A stretch of DNA of 64,000 nt from the human T2T-CHM13v2.0 reference genome, Homo sapiens. A program made the translations under genes and the position numbers. Positions 43,801 to 56,850 of the stretch are shown here, piece by piece. The notes under the pieces were generated by a model, which was given only the letters and a program-made list of their open reading frames with translations, was not told the DNA's origin and ran no database searches. Position 1 is the stretch's first letter, and each line of letters opens with the position of its first letter. Location: assembly GCF_009914755.1 (NCBI RefSeq), contig NC_060925.1; one strand, 5' to 3'.

Positions 43801-46328
43801 TAAGCCCTGATCTCCCAGGCCTGACCCCTGCTTGACCTCGCTTCTGACCTCCCCGCACCGCAACTGCTTATTTCCATCCTGACCGCCAATCTCTGCTCCT
43901 CTGTCCCAGGTACTCCCGACCGCCAGCTGCCTCCCCCAAGTCCGCTTGGCGAAGTCTGGGGCCCCTGGAGTGGGCGCCCTTTTCCTCTTCCCCACCCCTG
44001 CCTCCCTGTGTCCCAGACACAAAGAGGAACCCTTGGCTCCCACACGCTTCTGTCACCTGCTCCCCAGCTCTGAGCTATGAAGGGCTCCCCTCAGGGGTGC
44101 TCCTCTCCAGGGCGGCCCTCATTCCTACCCCTGCCCAGCTGACTGTGGGTGTGTGGGGGTCCCTGTGGGCCCCCTGGGCCCTGACACTCGCATATGCTGT
44201 GTCCGACTTGATCTGTGTCTTCGCTCAGTCTTCCCCTCCACCCTCAACTTCCCAGTGGCAACGGCGGCCGCCCTGCCTGCCCTGCCCTACCCTGCCGGCT
44301 TGGCCCAGCTCGCCTGCCTTGTTGGCTGGCAGCACCAGGCCTGGCTCTAGGCACCAGGGGAAAAAGAAAGAGGAGAGGGGTAGGTTTGGAAACACTGACG
44401 CTGCTGGGGCCCCCTCCTCCCTCTCACCAGGCTCCTACAACTTTCAAAAACACTGACCCCTCTTGGGTGTGAAGAGTGAATTTTGGCAGCTCAGAGCTCA
44501 GTCTTGGGGTACGGCCTGGCCCAGCCAGGAACATGAGAGGCCCCGCAGATATCAGTTGAAGGGCTGGGCCTGACGCTGGGACGCTCAGAGGTGCCCAGAG
44601 AGAGACCTCTGGTCCCTGGAAAATGTGTGGCTATTAATCCCTTTTTGCTGCCACCAGAGAGGGCCCTTTGGCGCTGGGGTCTCCTGGGTGGCCCACCTGC
44701 CTGCCCACCTGACTGTCTAGCAGCCCTCCTGCTGGCCTGGCTGTCCCTCTGCCAGCCTGAGTTTCCACCTGTGTGCGAGTTGGCCAGTCTGCTCACCCTT
44801 CCACCTAACTGTCCGCAGTCCTTCTGCTTGCCTGTTTCCATCCATCTGTGGCCTGTGCAGTTATCCGGGTGCCTGTCTGTGCATCTGCCTATCCACCTGT
44901 CCACCTGACTGTCCACTCTTCCTCTACCTGTCTTTTCCACCTGTCTCTGGGTCTGTCCTTCGGCCTGTTTCTCGGGTGCTTGCTGGCCTGCCTCTGCCCC
45001 ATCTGAACTGGGCCCACATAATTTCAGAGGTGAAGGGGAGAAAGATGCGGCACAGGGAGGGGCAGGGGGGGAAGACAGCAGGGCTCTCTCGGCCATTAAG
45101 TGCGTTGGGGGTGGCAACCTTGACTCTGTGCAGAGACCTCAGCTGGGCTAGGCTGGGGCAGAGAGTTGAAATTGCTCAGGACATGAGGTCAAGCTTCGGT
45201 TCAGGGTCAACGGTTTGTAGTAGCCCAGTCCTTAGTGTCCATTGGGAGGCCTAGGATGAATATTTGTGGCTATAAAGAGGCCCGTTGGAGTGAGGAAGGC
45301 CCAGGGCTGGTGGAGTTGGGGGTGAGGGGATGGGGACTACTTCTTAGGAGTGGCTACAGAGCAGCCTCCTTGAGTGCCTAAGGAGGGTGAGACACCCCCC
45401 AGAGAACAACTGTGCCCTCCGTGGGCTCCTCTTGGGAAGGGACTTTTCCAAGGCATGGCAGGGCCTGGGGAAGCCAATAGGGCTCTGAGGTGGGGTCCTT
45501 ACCCCCCCAGGCTTGGCCTTACAGCCCCCACAAGGGTCAGTGGAGGTGAAGGACCTGCCTCCTGTCCCCTGGCCAGCTGCTGTTGGTGCCTCCTTTGAAA
45601 GGACCGCCCCTTCCTCTCCAGGAGCTAATCCACTGGCACCTTTGCCCCACATCCTGCCCTTTCCTGATGCCAGGAAATGCCCTCGCCAGGGCCGTGCTTG
45701 TCCTGACCACTTGTCCCCGGGAGCCCAGGGCCAGGGCATGTCTTGGGAACTCTGGGGGAAGAAGTATGGTGTGAAAGTGTCCTGGTGTTTAAGGATCTCA
45801 GGGAATTGGTCACCCATCTTAGAGGTCAAAGGGGACAGAGGTGTCAGGAACCCCACCTCTTATGTGCTCTGTGACGTTGGGTTGATTGCTGGGCCTCTCT
45901 GAGCTTTAGGTCTGTAGGTTGTCAAAGCGGGTAGAAACCCCAACCTTGCGGCCTCTCTCTTGGATGAGGTAATAGAGTGGGAAAGAGCTTGGTAAGCTCC
46001 AGGGGCCTGTCTGAGCTTGAAAGACGGTTGTTATTATTGGGGCTGGAGGAGGGGGCCCACACAGAAGGTCTCTCCTGTTTGTGAGGAGCTCCAGATGTGG
46101 GGTTTCTCAGTCACACTGCAGGGTCTTGCCAGGAAGTACTTCCTGCTGTTGGACTCCTAGCCAGACCATTACACTTTGGGTCAAATCCTTTCTCCTCTTC
46201 CCAATCTGCCTCAGTGGCAGCCCAAGTGAGGGGAGTCCAGGGAGTACTGTTAGCTAGGACCCCCTTCCCAGAGACGCAGGCTGTGGCAGGAGGGGCCCCA
46301 GCAGAAGAGCCTGCAAGAGAAGGGCTCT

Positions 46329-46600
46329 GGGCGGGGCGCAGTGGCTCTCACCTGTAATCCCAGCACTGTGAGAGGCTGAGGTGGGAGGATCGCTTGAGCC
46401 TAGGCAACATGGTGAGACCCCTGACTCTACAAAATTTAAAAATTAGCCGGGCATGGTGGTGCACACCTGTAGACACAATTACTTGGGAGGCTGAGGTGGG
46501 AGGATCACTTGAACCCAGGAATTCTAGGCTATTGTGAACTGTGATTGCACCACTGCATTCCAGCCTGAGTGACAGGATGAGACCCTATCAATTAAAAAAG
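46329..46600 (+). mobile_element. Alu (AluJ-like, small internal deletion)
   Basis: Sense Alu text. Confidence 0.85.
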
Positions 46601-49339
46601 AGAGAGAAAGAGAAGGGCTCAGGAAGGAGGGAGCTGGGGTGAGAGGAGCGCATTCGCCCTAGGGTATGCCTCCCTCCCATCTGCCAGCCCGTCCCCTCTG
46701 AGCCCCACACAGAACCTGCATCTTTCTGGCTCCAAGAGGTGGGAGATTGCCTAGAGTACAAGCCCAGATTTGGCCTGTCCTGCGGCAGCTGCAAGCTCTG
46801 GGAAGAGAGGACTGCTGACTCCTGTCTTCTCCTGTTGGGATCCAGAATGAGGGGCCACTGAGCCCCTCTCCAAGCTTTCCCTCTCTCTGTAGACCCTCAG
46901 TCTGATCACCAAGCTGCATCCCCCTCCTATGCCCCAGTCCCTGATTTAAGCCCTGAAGCCTTCACAGGCCCTGCTCTCTGAATTTTAAGAAATACCACCT
47001 CGTGGCCCATCCTGCTCGCTGAGCCCTTATGGGGAATGCTCGCTGTCCCCTTGCTGCCCCCTCTCAAAGGCCACTCCAGCTTCCCTTGAAGTCAGAGTGC
47101 TGGAGGGGGCTGAGCAAGACCCTATCTCCCTTCATCCTCCCCAGCCACTATGAGCCGCAGGCCTGCCGCTCCCAGCCCCCAGGGCCCAGCAGACTTTCTC
47201 TATGTGAAGGTTTGCGGCTCTGTAAACATCCTCCCTCAGCCTTGTCCGTGGGGTCAGAAGCTGTGGGAATGGGGAGGGGAGGAGGTGGCAGCAGCTTCTG
47301 GGGCCCGCAGACTCCTAACCCCCGAGCCCCCGACCTCCCACCCCGGCCATCTGAGAAAGAACATCGCCTGGGTTGGAAATCATCCCAGCAAAGTGTCCTC
47401 AGAACCCTCAGGCATCCCCGCTAGGTCAGTCGGTCCTCACATTTTGACAGCCCCATTTTACTTGTAAGAAAACTGAGGCTCTGGAGACCAAAGTCACCTG
47501 GGAAATGAGTAGCAGATACAGCGGACTCTGTGCAGAGACCTCAGCTGGGCTAGGCCAGGGCAGAGAGTTGAAATTGCTCCTGCTTCCTTGTCCAGGACTG
47601 TTCGCTCCGTTCCTAGTGGCCACCGGGCTTGGCTCTTGGAGTCTGAAATGAAATCTCTGGTTGTGTGTGCAGCACCAACTATGCACAGGGCACCCTGCTG
47701 AGCTCTCTCTAAACCGGTCTCATTGTGTCCTTCTGCAGCCTTGTGAGGTGGGCACTGTTATCCTCCTCATTTGACAGATGGGGAAACTGGGACTCAGCAG
47801 AGGCCACCCAGTTAATGTGGAAGAGCCTCAGCCCGGAGCGGGGGCTGACTGGGAGCTGTTGCGCTCAGCACCACAGCCTCAGCTAGCAGCACCCCAAGTC
47901 CAGGCTCCTCAAGAACAGCACTCCTGTGTCATCTGTCCGTCCATCCCAGCACCCCGCACACAGTCAGCAGGGGGTGGGCAGTGATGGCATTTTGTGGAAT
48001 TGAGTGGAAACTGCCAGCCTCACCCAGTGCAGCCACGTTTTAGTTGTAGACCACGTCACTGCTGCGTACCTGTCTGAATGTCTCACACATGCACTCACTG
48101 CAACATCGACACACATGCACAAACACACACACAGCATCCATCCAACAAAAAGAGTTCTAGTTTACAGCTGCCCCTACCTTTTCCCTGACTTCACAGACAC
48201 TCACCATGGACACACACCCGGGCCCGTGGCTCCAGCCCAGACCCCTAGGACAGAACAAAGCTTGCTCCTGTCCTTGAGTTTTTGGCCTTCACCTATACAC
48301 AACTGCAGGGCTGCCCTTGCGGGTCTGTGTGTATTTGTGTAGCCACCTTGGAGGGCAGCCTCAGAACTGTGGAGGAGCGGGGTGGCTGGCCTCGTAGAAC
48401 TTCGCTGGCGTTTGCTCCTCCTGGGGGGTCCTCGGGGGTCCTTTGATCTGACCTTGGGGTATACTGCTGGGTACACCAAGACACAGAAAGGGGCAGCTAC
48501 TCATCCAAGGTCACACCTAGTGAGTTAGTGGAGAACTGTGCCAGGAACCCAAGCCTTTTGTCTCCCAGATCAGGACTTTAGATAACAATTTTCCTAACCT
48601 AGCCAACAGGGGAGATGGATGCTCTAAGAACTTTGCCCTTGTGATTGGGAAAGTCTTTGAGTGTGACCCACATTTTTCGTGCTGCTGTTTTTCAGCCCTA
48701 GTCCTTTTGCTTGGTCTTTGTAAGGAGCTGGGGAGACCATCCTGTTCTTATACTGCCTTCCTCCTCCTCCTTGCACTCCCCTTCACGCTCCTTTGCCTCC
48801 TTCTTCTGAAGTTCTTTGGTGTCACTGGAGCCGGTTCGATCTCTCACTGACGGCCCACCCCACCCCAACTCCATAGTACGTTCATTCTTCCATTGAAGAC
48901 GCGCTGCTAGATGTCTAACTTCAATCCCTATTGCTGCTGAAGCCCTTATCCTTGGGATATTTAAGCCAGGAGTGTTTCAAGAGGTGGTTATTATTCTTGG
49001 GCTGATGGCAGCACTTTGAGTGGATGATTAATTTCAGGCTCTCTGAGCCAGTCAAAGGAGCTGGAACTGCCTGGGAGCAGGGAAAAAGGAAGGCCGAGGC
49101 CCTGCCCACAAAGGAGGCTGCCCAGGGAACTTCCCCAGACTCCCTCCTACCTCCCTAGCACCAATGTGGGTCTTTGGGGAAGGTCCGATCTTCTTGTGGG
49201 CTATGGAGCCCCCCAGCAGGGAATTCTGCATGTTTGCCCTGGGGGAAGCTCCTAGTGTGGGAGTTGAGAGGTTGAGGATGGGGGAATAGCAGGGACTTTT
49301 CGTTTCTCCAGAAGCTGTCCTGCGGGGAGTGAAGAGCAC

Positions 49340-49520
49340 GGGCTCTGAGGCTGACAGATCTGCGTTCCTTCCTGGTTCTAGCCTTAGCAGTCGTGTGTCC
49401 TTGGGCAAGTTACTTAACCTCTCTGGGCTTCAGTTTTCTCATCTGAAAAATGGGAGTAATCATAATACCTGCCTCTAAGATTGTCAGGACTGGATGAGAT
49501 AAGGCACCGAACACTGCTGG
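49340..49520. mobile_element. MIR element (representative; similar cores at ~8000, 28850, 33150, 39430, 47450, 47740, 52030, 53630, 55150, 55600, 57750, 61360, 62080, 63590)
   Basis: ttgggcaagttacttaacctctctgggcttcagttttctcatctgaaaaatggg = MIR core. Confidence 0.8.
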
Positions 49521-52202
49521 GCACTGTTAGCCATGATCATCGTTACTGTTATTATTATGCTGTTATCACTGTCCTCATTCTTCTCCTCCGGGGAGAGGTG
49601 TGGTAGGTGTGCTGGGCTCAGCAAGGTGAGTGTGTCTGAGTCTGCTCTGGAGAGAATAGGAGCTATGTCTGCCTGTGTCCTGGGGCGAGTGGTTCTCCAT
49701 GGGAGCTGAGGCTGTGTCTTTTCAGCCTCCTGTGGGCCCTGCCCATGAGAGTGTCTGACTTACATTCTCTCGTGTAACGCTCACAGCCATCTTATCAGGT
49801 GGGTGCTGTCTTCTTCATGTCACAGTTGAGCAAAGTGAGGCTGGGTGAGGGGATGTCACCCAGCTCATGAATGGAGCCCAGCCTGGCTACCTAGCATGCT
49901 CACTGATTTGTTTCTTCCTTCATCTGGCAAACAGTTACAGAGCATCAGCTCCATACCAGGACCAGGGAGCCAGAGAGAGCTAGACCATGCCTGTACCCTG
50001 CCTGGCAGAGTGGGGGATTGGGGGTCACTGTGAGGAGGTCGCAGAGTCTGCCGGGACCACTGGCCTCAGCTGCTTCTTCTCCCAGGGAGAGGTTTGGAGA
50101 GAGGTCTGGTCTGTGTGTAGCTGTGAGTGTGTCTGTGAGTTATGGGGAGGACGGTGTATGCCAGAGGGCCACTGTGCGGCCGAGTTTGGGCCTCATGGTC
50201 CAACCCTGGCAGCTGGCCTGGCCCCCGAGAGATAAAAGTAGAGCCATGGTGCCCAGAGAGACAGCCAGGGACTCCTGGGAGAGGAGGGCACTCCCCCACT
50301 CTCTCCTGAGCAAATGATCATGGAGAATGAGGGCAGGGAATCCCAAGGGAGATTTAGAGATCTCAGTCCCCATGCTTACTGGGAAGGTGTCCACCCCCAC
50401 TCCACCCCAGTTCCTGAGCCTCGGTATCTTCTTCTGTAAAATGGGCCTAACAGGAAAGTGGACCTCTCAGGGCTGCCTGGCACACAGTCGTGGTGGGCAA
50501 ATGAGAGAGACTGCTGTCTCAGGACCTTGAAATGCATAGGGTACCAGGTAGGGAGCTCTCTTCCAGCATCTTCTCTGGGGGCCCCTCAGGTGACAGGGTG
50601 CCACTTCACAGGGCACTCAGGGGGCTGCCTGCCCCCAGTGGAGGCTCTGAGGGGCTGGAGAAAGGGTGCTGAGCCGACCTCAGTGGCTACACAGAGCCCC
50701 CAGGACTTCAGGTTCCCTGGGCAACCCTGTCCCTGGGGCAGGAGCTGCGTGCCCTGGGGATGAGGCACAGGAGGGGCAGCCCCAGGCAGCAGACTAATTG
50801 GGCTGGGAATCCGTGGGCAGCGCCTGAGGAAGGGAGGCAACAGGAGCTCAGCGATTCCCTCCCTCCTCACCCCACGGAGATTTGGGGGACAGTGGATAGA
50901 GCAGGGTCTCTAGCCTAAAGGATGGAGGGAAAATCTTGAGGCACATTCTCCTGAGACTCCTTGGACACCCAGGCCGGGAAGGTGGGACTGGAGGAAAGCT
51001 CACTGGAAATAAATGGAGCATGGTTCCCATCAAAGCAGAGGAGATGGAGGTCAGACAGCAGGAAGGACTGCCCAAGAACCAGGAGGTGAATGAGATTTTC
51101 TGGGATATTGTTTCAAAAACTTGGAGCCCCCTGTCTAGCCGGGCTGGACAACATTTACTCGAATTGTCCCTATCAAGCAAGGAATGGCTCCCTACTCCCA
51201 CAGAGCGAAAGATGGAGGGGAGATGCCTGTTCCCTTTGAGCCCAACTTTGGCGGGGTGTGGGTCGGGGGTGGGGTAGGGATCAGATCGGGTACCCACTGG
51301 CTTTTGGGCAGTGGTGGGAGGGTCACAGGCTGCTCCTCCTTCTCTGCCACTTCTCTCTGGGAGCCTCGGGCCTGTCCAGGTTGCTGTCTTTGGGTTTATT
51401 TTTTGCTGGGCTTGGCTGTCCCCTGGGAGGGGAGGGGGCAGGGAGAGAAAGGAAAAGCAGGAACAGCTTTGTCAGCACAATCTCAGGCGCCTTCGCTACT
51501 GCCCGTCTTGGCCCAGCTGCCACCCTCTACTGGAGGGACCAGCCCCTGGGCACAGTGGGGATTCAGACCCTATGGAACTTCCTCGCTTAGAGGCAGGACC
51601 AGCAGGAAGGGACTAGGCCTTTCTACCCCCATCCTCTCTCCATATATCCCTGCTATACAGAACCTCAGGTCTCAGCGCTGGAGCAGATCCACGGGCTTCA
51701 TTTCACAGGTGGGGAAACTGAGGCTAGAAGGGACCTGATGGCTCAAGGGCACAGCCCACACGGGGGCCTTTTCCACCTTCCCTCCTTATGGAGTAACATG
51801 GGAGAAATGCTGCCTCCCTGCTGCCCGTTCCCTGGGTGAACTCATTCACTCATCTCATTTTCCAGCCTCTGGGGATTGGTGGCAGTCTGGTGGGAGAGAC
51901 GGGGGACGGGGAAAGGACAGTGTGACCCATGGCCCAGCAGAGGAAGGGAGGTACAACCTGGGGATGCACAGAGGCTAGGTGGGGGTATCAATCCCTCCCC
52001 TATATGCTTTTTATCCTAAAAAAATACATTCGCCCTATTTTACAGACAGGGGGATTAAGGTGTAAAGAAGTTAATGACTTGCCCAAAGTCAACATAGCTG
52101 ACAGGTGGTAGAGGCAGGATTTGAACCTAGCATGTGCATCTCTGGGAGCCATGCATTTGGCCACTCCACCATGCTGCCTCCCCAAGGGGCCCCTGTGGGC
52201 CC

Positions 52203-52500
52203 TTCTTTCTTTTCTTTTCTTTCTTTCTTTTTTTTTTTTTTTTTTTTTGAAGCAGGGCCTCACTCTGTCACCCACGCTGGAGTGCATGATCACTATGATC
52301 ACTGCAGACTCAACCTCCTGGGCTCAAGTGATCCTTCCACCTCACCCTCCTAAGGAGCTGGGACTACAGGCGCACACCAAGACACCCAGCTAGTTTTTAA
52401 ATTTTTCTGTGGAGACAGGGTCTTGCTATGTTGTCCAGGCTGATCTCCAACTCCTGGCTCCAGCGATCCTCCCACGGTGGCCTCGGGAGCCACCATGGCT
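52203..52500 (-). mobile_element. Alu (diverged AluJ-like)
   Basis: T-tract followed by antisense Alu. Confidence 0.85.
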
Positions 52501-54480
52501 GCCTGCTGGGCCCTTCCTTCTTGAATGCAACCCCCCTGGCTTTCCTCAAACCTGCCTCTGTGGCTTTTCTCTCTTGGTTCTATCAGCAAGCAGCTCTGCC
52601 TCCTCTTTCTGCCCCTTGAATGTTGGGGCTTTGTCTCAAGTCCTCTTCACAGTACATAGTTTCAGGGGGTGGTCTCATGCACTCCTACGACATCAGGGGT
52701 CACCCCTATGATGACAGCCTCCGCTCTGCAGTTTCATCCCTGCGCTTCCTGCCTGCTGACACCTCTCCTCCTCATTCCCTGGGCATCTCAAACTCAGCAT
52801 CTCCCTCCAAACCTGCCCTCCTTCCTCAATCCATGTGACAGTGACTCCCCGATCCCCAGTGCCCAAGTCAGAAATGCCCTCCACACAAGCATCCTTTGCT
52901 CTCACCTAAGAAATGACTTACAGTGTCCCAAAGCATTGCGCTGTTTAGTGCTTCTGTGCTTTTCCTTCTGCCTGCAACTCCCTCCCCTCTTCTGCCCACT
53001 GCATCATCTAGCTAACTCCTATTCATCCTTCAACTCCCAGTTTGAGCACCACCTCTTCTTGGAAGCACTCCCTATCCCCATTACCCCCAGGCTCAACTGA
53101 GGGCCCTTCAGTGCCCCCAGAGTTCTGTTCACCCAGCCCTGTGCGTTTTTTGCTTTTCTGCATGGGACTATGAGAACTGGGTGTGTGGGGGTTGAACACA
53201 ATTCTTGGCACATGGTCAGCAATGAGTGAATGTTTGATGAAGGTGGCATTGGGGCCAAGTAGTAAGGATGAGAAGGGTTTTGCCAACTAGAGAGAAGTGG
53301 AGAAAAGACCCCTCAGCCCTCTGTGTGGAGCACTGAGCTGTGGGTGTTCATGATTTTTATCCCGAGTGAGCTCCAGGTGAAGGGAACAGCAGAGCAAAGG
53401 CCTTGAGATGGGACTTCCTTCCCCTCACTCCTTTGCCCCAAGACCTGCAGAGCACAGGGCCTTGATTGACAGGCTGTGGAGGTGGGCCTTACCCTGTGGG
53501 CAGTGGGGAGCCATACACGGTGACAGGCCAGGGTGGGGACACTGGATGGGAACCAGGGTTTGACTCTTTCTGAGTGAGTGCTGTGCAGACGTGAGGTCAT
53601 CTATTTTTTCCAGTACCCGCTAGGTAGCAGGCACTATTATTGTTCCCATTTTGCAGACAAGAAACTGGGGCTCAAAGAAGAGAAACACCACATACTAAGT
53701 TACACAGCTTGTCTGTGGTTGAGTCAAGACTCAAACCCATGTCGGCATCAGGGCCAAGCCCGAGCTCTAAATGGTTCTCAGCCTCGCCAGCTGACCCAAG
53801 GCAGTTTCCAGTGGCCTAAGGCAAAACTGAGGAGAATAAGGACGGGGTGGCGACTCTTTCATAAAGCTAAATTTATTCCACTTAAAGGACTGTCTTTTAG
53901 TATGAGATGATGTCCTTTCTTTTATGAAATGATGGGCTGGGAAAAAAATGTCCTTGCTTGGCAAAATAAAAAGTTGACAACCTTATGCAGTCCCCAAAGT
54001 GTTTTTGGAAATTTTACCGGTGGTGCGTGAAATCCCTGAGTCTGGGCGCCATCCCGGCTCCTCCCCACTGAGCTGTGGAGCCAGAAGAGGGAGGGGTCTG
54101 GTAGGGACAGAGGGATCAGGGGACAGAGGAGCCTCAGGTCCCGCACTTTGCAGTGAGGACCAACCCAAGGCTCTTTCCTAAGATTGGGTTGGGCGGGTGG
54201 GGGGGTGGGGGGCAGATCAGCCAGAATCAAGGGCTCACCCCTCAGTTAAAGGAGCACTGGACCGGGAGGCAGCAGGCTTGGGCTCAGCTCCTGCCTCTGC
54301 TTCCTGGAGGCTGTGTGATGCCAGGCAGGTGACCCAACCTCTCTGAGGCACCAGCTTCCTTATACATAGAATGACAATTGCCATCTGTCCCTGCTCACCT
54401 CACGGGGCTGCTTCCTATAGCAAGTGCTTGGTAAACTGCAAAGTGCTGTGAAGAACAGGGGGGTTGTGGTGGTTTTACCT

Positions 54481-54787
54481 TTTTTTTTTTTTTTTTTTTC
54501 CTTTTGAGACAGAGTCTTACTCTTTCACCCAGGCTGGAAGGCAGTGGTGTGATCATGGTTCACTGCAGCCTTGAACTCCTGGGCTCAAGCGATCCTCCTG
54601 CCTCAGCCTTTCATGTAGCTGAGACCGCAGGTGCACGTCACGGCGCTAGGCTAATTTTTAAATTTTTTGTAGAGAGGGGATCTTGTTATGTTGCCCAGGC
54701 TGGTTTCGAATTCCTGTGCTCAAGCAATTTTCCCACCCTGGCCTCCCAAAGTGCTGAGATTACGGACATGAGCCACTGCACCCAGCC
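54481..54787 (-). mobile_element. Alu (AluJ-like)
   Basis: Antisense Alu dimer. Confidence 0.9.
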
Positions 54788-55860
54788 CTGGTTTTACTGT
54801 TCTTATCTTGCCATCAGAGGATCCCACTTCTCTAGGGTCCTGGGCCCCTCATCTCACTTTCACTTTTCACTTGCACTGCTTTGAGCCCTGAGGAAGAGAC
54901 ATATGGGGGAGCGGGGCAGGTGGAATGACACAGGCCCTGTAAAAGCAGGGTGGCCACACTAGCAATTCCTGTCCTCAGGCTCCCCTGGAGGACAGCTCAG
55001 AGATGCCCAGGCTGGAGACCTGGGGAACTCTAGGAAAAGAATGCACGAAGCTGGAGCCAGGCTAGAGTTCTAAGCACAGACTTTGTCACTGAGTAATAAG
55101 ATTCATAGTCTAATCTCTACCAGGTATTGTGCTAAATATTTTTCACACTGCTTCATTTAATCCTTCCAAGAGCCCTATGAGGTAGGTCCTATCATTATCC
55201 CCATTGGATGGAAGATGACACTGAAGCTTAAAGGTGAAACACTGCCCTTGTCACACAGCCAGGAAGTGGTGAATGCCCAAGAGGACGGGAGTTTTCTGGG
55301 CTCAGCTCAGACAACTGAGTGCCTGGAGAGGCCGAGTGTGCAACGATTCTGTGACATGAGAGGGTGGGAACGGTTTGCAGGACTGTGGTGGGGGGCCGAG
55401 GGGGTAATCAGTGCACATCAGGGGCACCGGGTTGGGGTCAGAAGGCAAGAGACACGATCCTGCTGGCTAGCTTCTAGCAGTCACCTCCCTCTCTGAGTCT
55501 CAGCCTCCCTCTCTGCTCTGGCTCTCAATAATAACAAAGATAATACTAGCAGGACCTTACTGAGTGCTTACCGTGGACCAGATGCTGCTCTGAGAGCTTG
55601 CCACGCCTTCTATCACTTTTTCCTCTCAATGACACTATGAGGTAGGTACTGTTATTATGCCTACTTTTCAGATGAGGAAGTTGAGGCACAAAGAGGTTAC
55701 GTGACTTGCCTGGGTACATGTAGCAGGGCCAGGATTCTAACCACAAGAGTCTAGCTCTATAGGCTGTGATCTTACCCACCTAACTCACCCGGACTATGTC
55801 TGCCTGCTTCTAATGGGGGGTGATATGAGGAGAAGTTGAGCCTTAAAGTTCAAGGTCCTG

Positions 55861-56186
<326 letters not shown>

Positions 56187-56299
56187 CAGTTCAAGGTCCT
56201 GCTCCCACCCCGATTCTACCCTGGGGACTCATTCCTTCCCTCTCTCGCCCTTTCATTTGAGAAACCTTCACTTCTAAATGAAGTTCAGCTGCTTATGCC

Positions 56300-56850
56300 A
56301 GTCTCCCCGGGCCAGGCCCTGTGCCAGACTCTGGGGACAGAGCAATGAATCAGACCTTCCTCTGCTCCCTGGGGGAGATGGGCTGGGAAGCTGGCAGTTA
56401 CCAGGCAGGGTGATAAGTGCCACTGTCCAGGCAGCACGGAGTCCAGTGGGAGCCCAGCACAGAGGGCCAAGCCCTGCCCCAATCTGGGCATGGCTGGGAA
56501 GGCTTCCCAGAGGAAGAGGCTTAAGTTGAGACTGAAAGATGAGTAGAAGTAGGAGTTAGCTAGGTGAAAAGGAGCAAGGAACAGTGTTTCAGGCAGAGAG
56601 AATAGCACAGGCAGAGACCCAGAAGTGAGGCTGAACAGGGCATTTGCAAAGAACAGCAAGAAGTCAGAAGAGCGGGATCCTAGAGGAGGCAAGAGGTATC
56701 TGGAGAAGAGGCTGGGATGCAACAGGGCCAGGCTCGGCAGTGAGGACACCGGGCTGGGGAGCTGCAGCTTCCTGAGAGGGTGATGGGAAGGAAGTGATGT
56801 CAGGAGTAACATGGCAGATTCGTGTTTTAGAAACTCCTTTCTGGGACTGG
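56300..56850. mobile_element. L2 fragment
   Basis: gaaggcttcccagaggaag...tgagactgaaagatgagtag...tttcaggcagagagaatagcac is typical L2 text. Confidence 0.65.

Noticed and set aside
47864-47965. RE1/REST-like half sites (TCAGCACCA at ~47865; also ~47042 and ~63180)
   Set aside because: KCNQ genes are known REST targets, but none of these has both half-sites at canonical spacing; not supportable without a PWM scan or ChIP.
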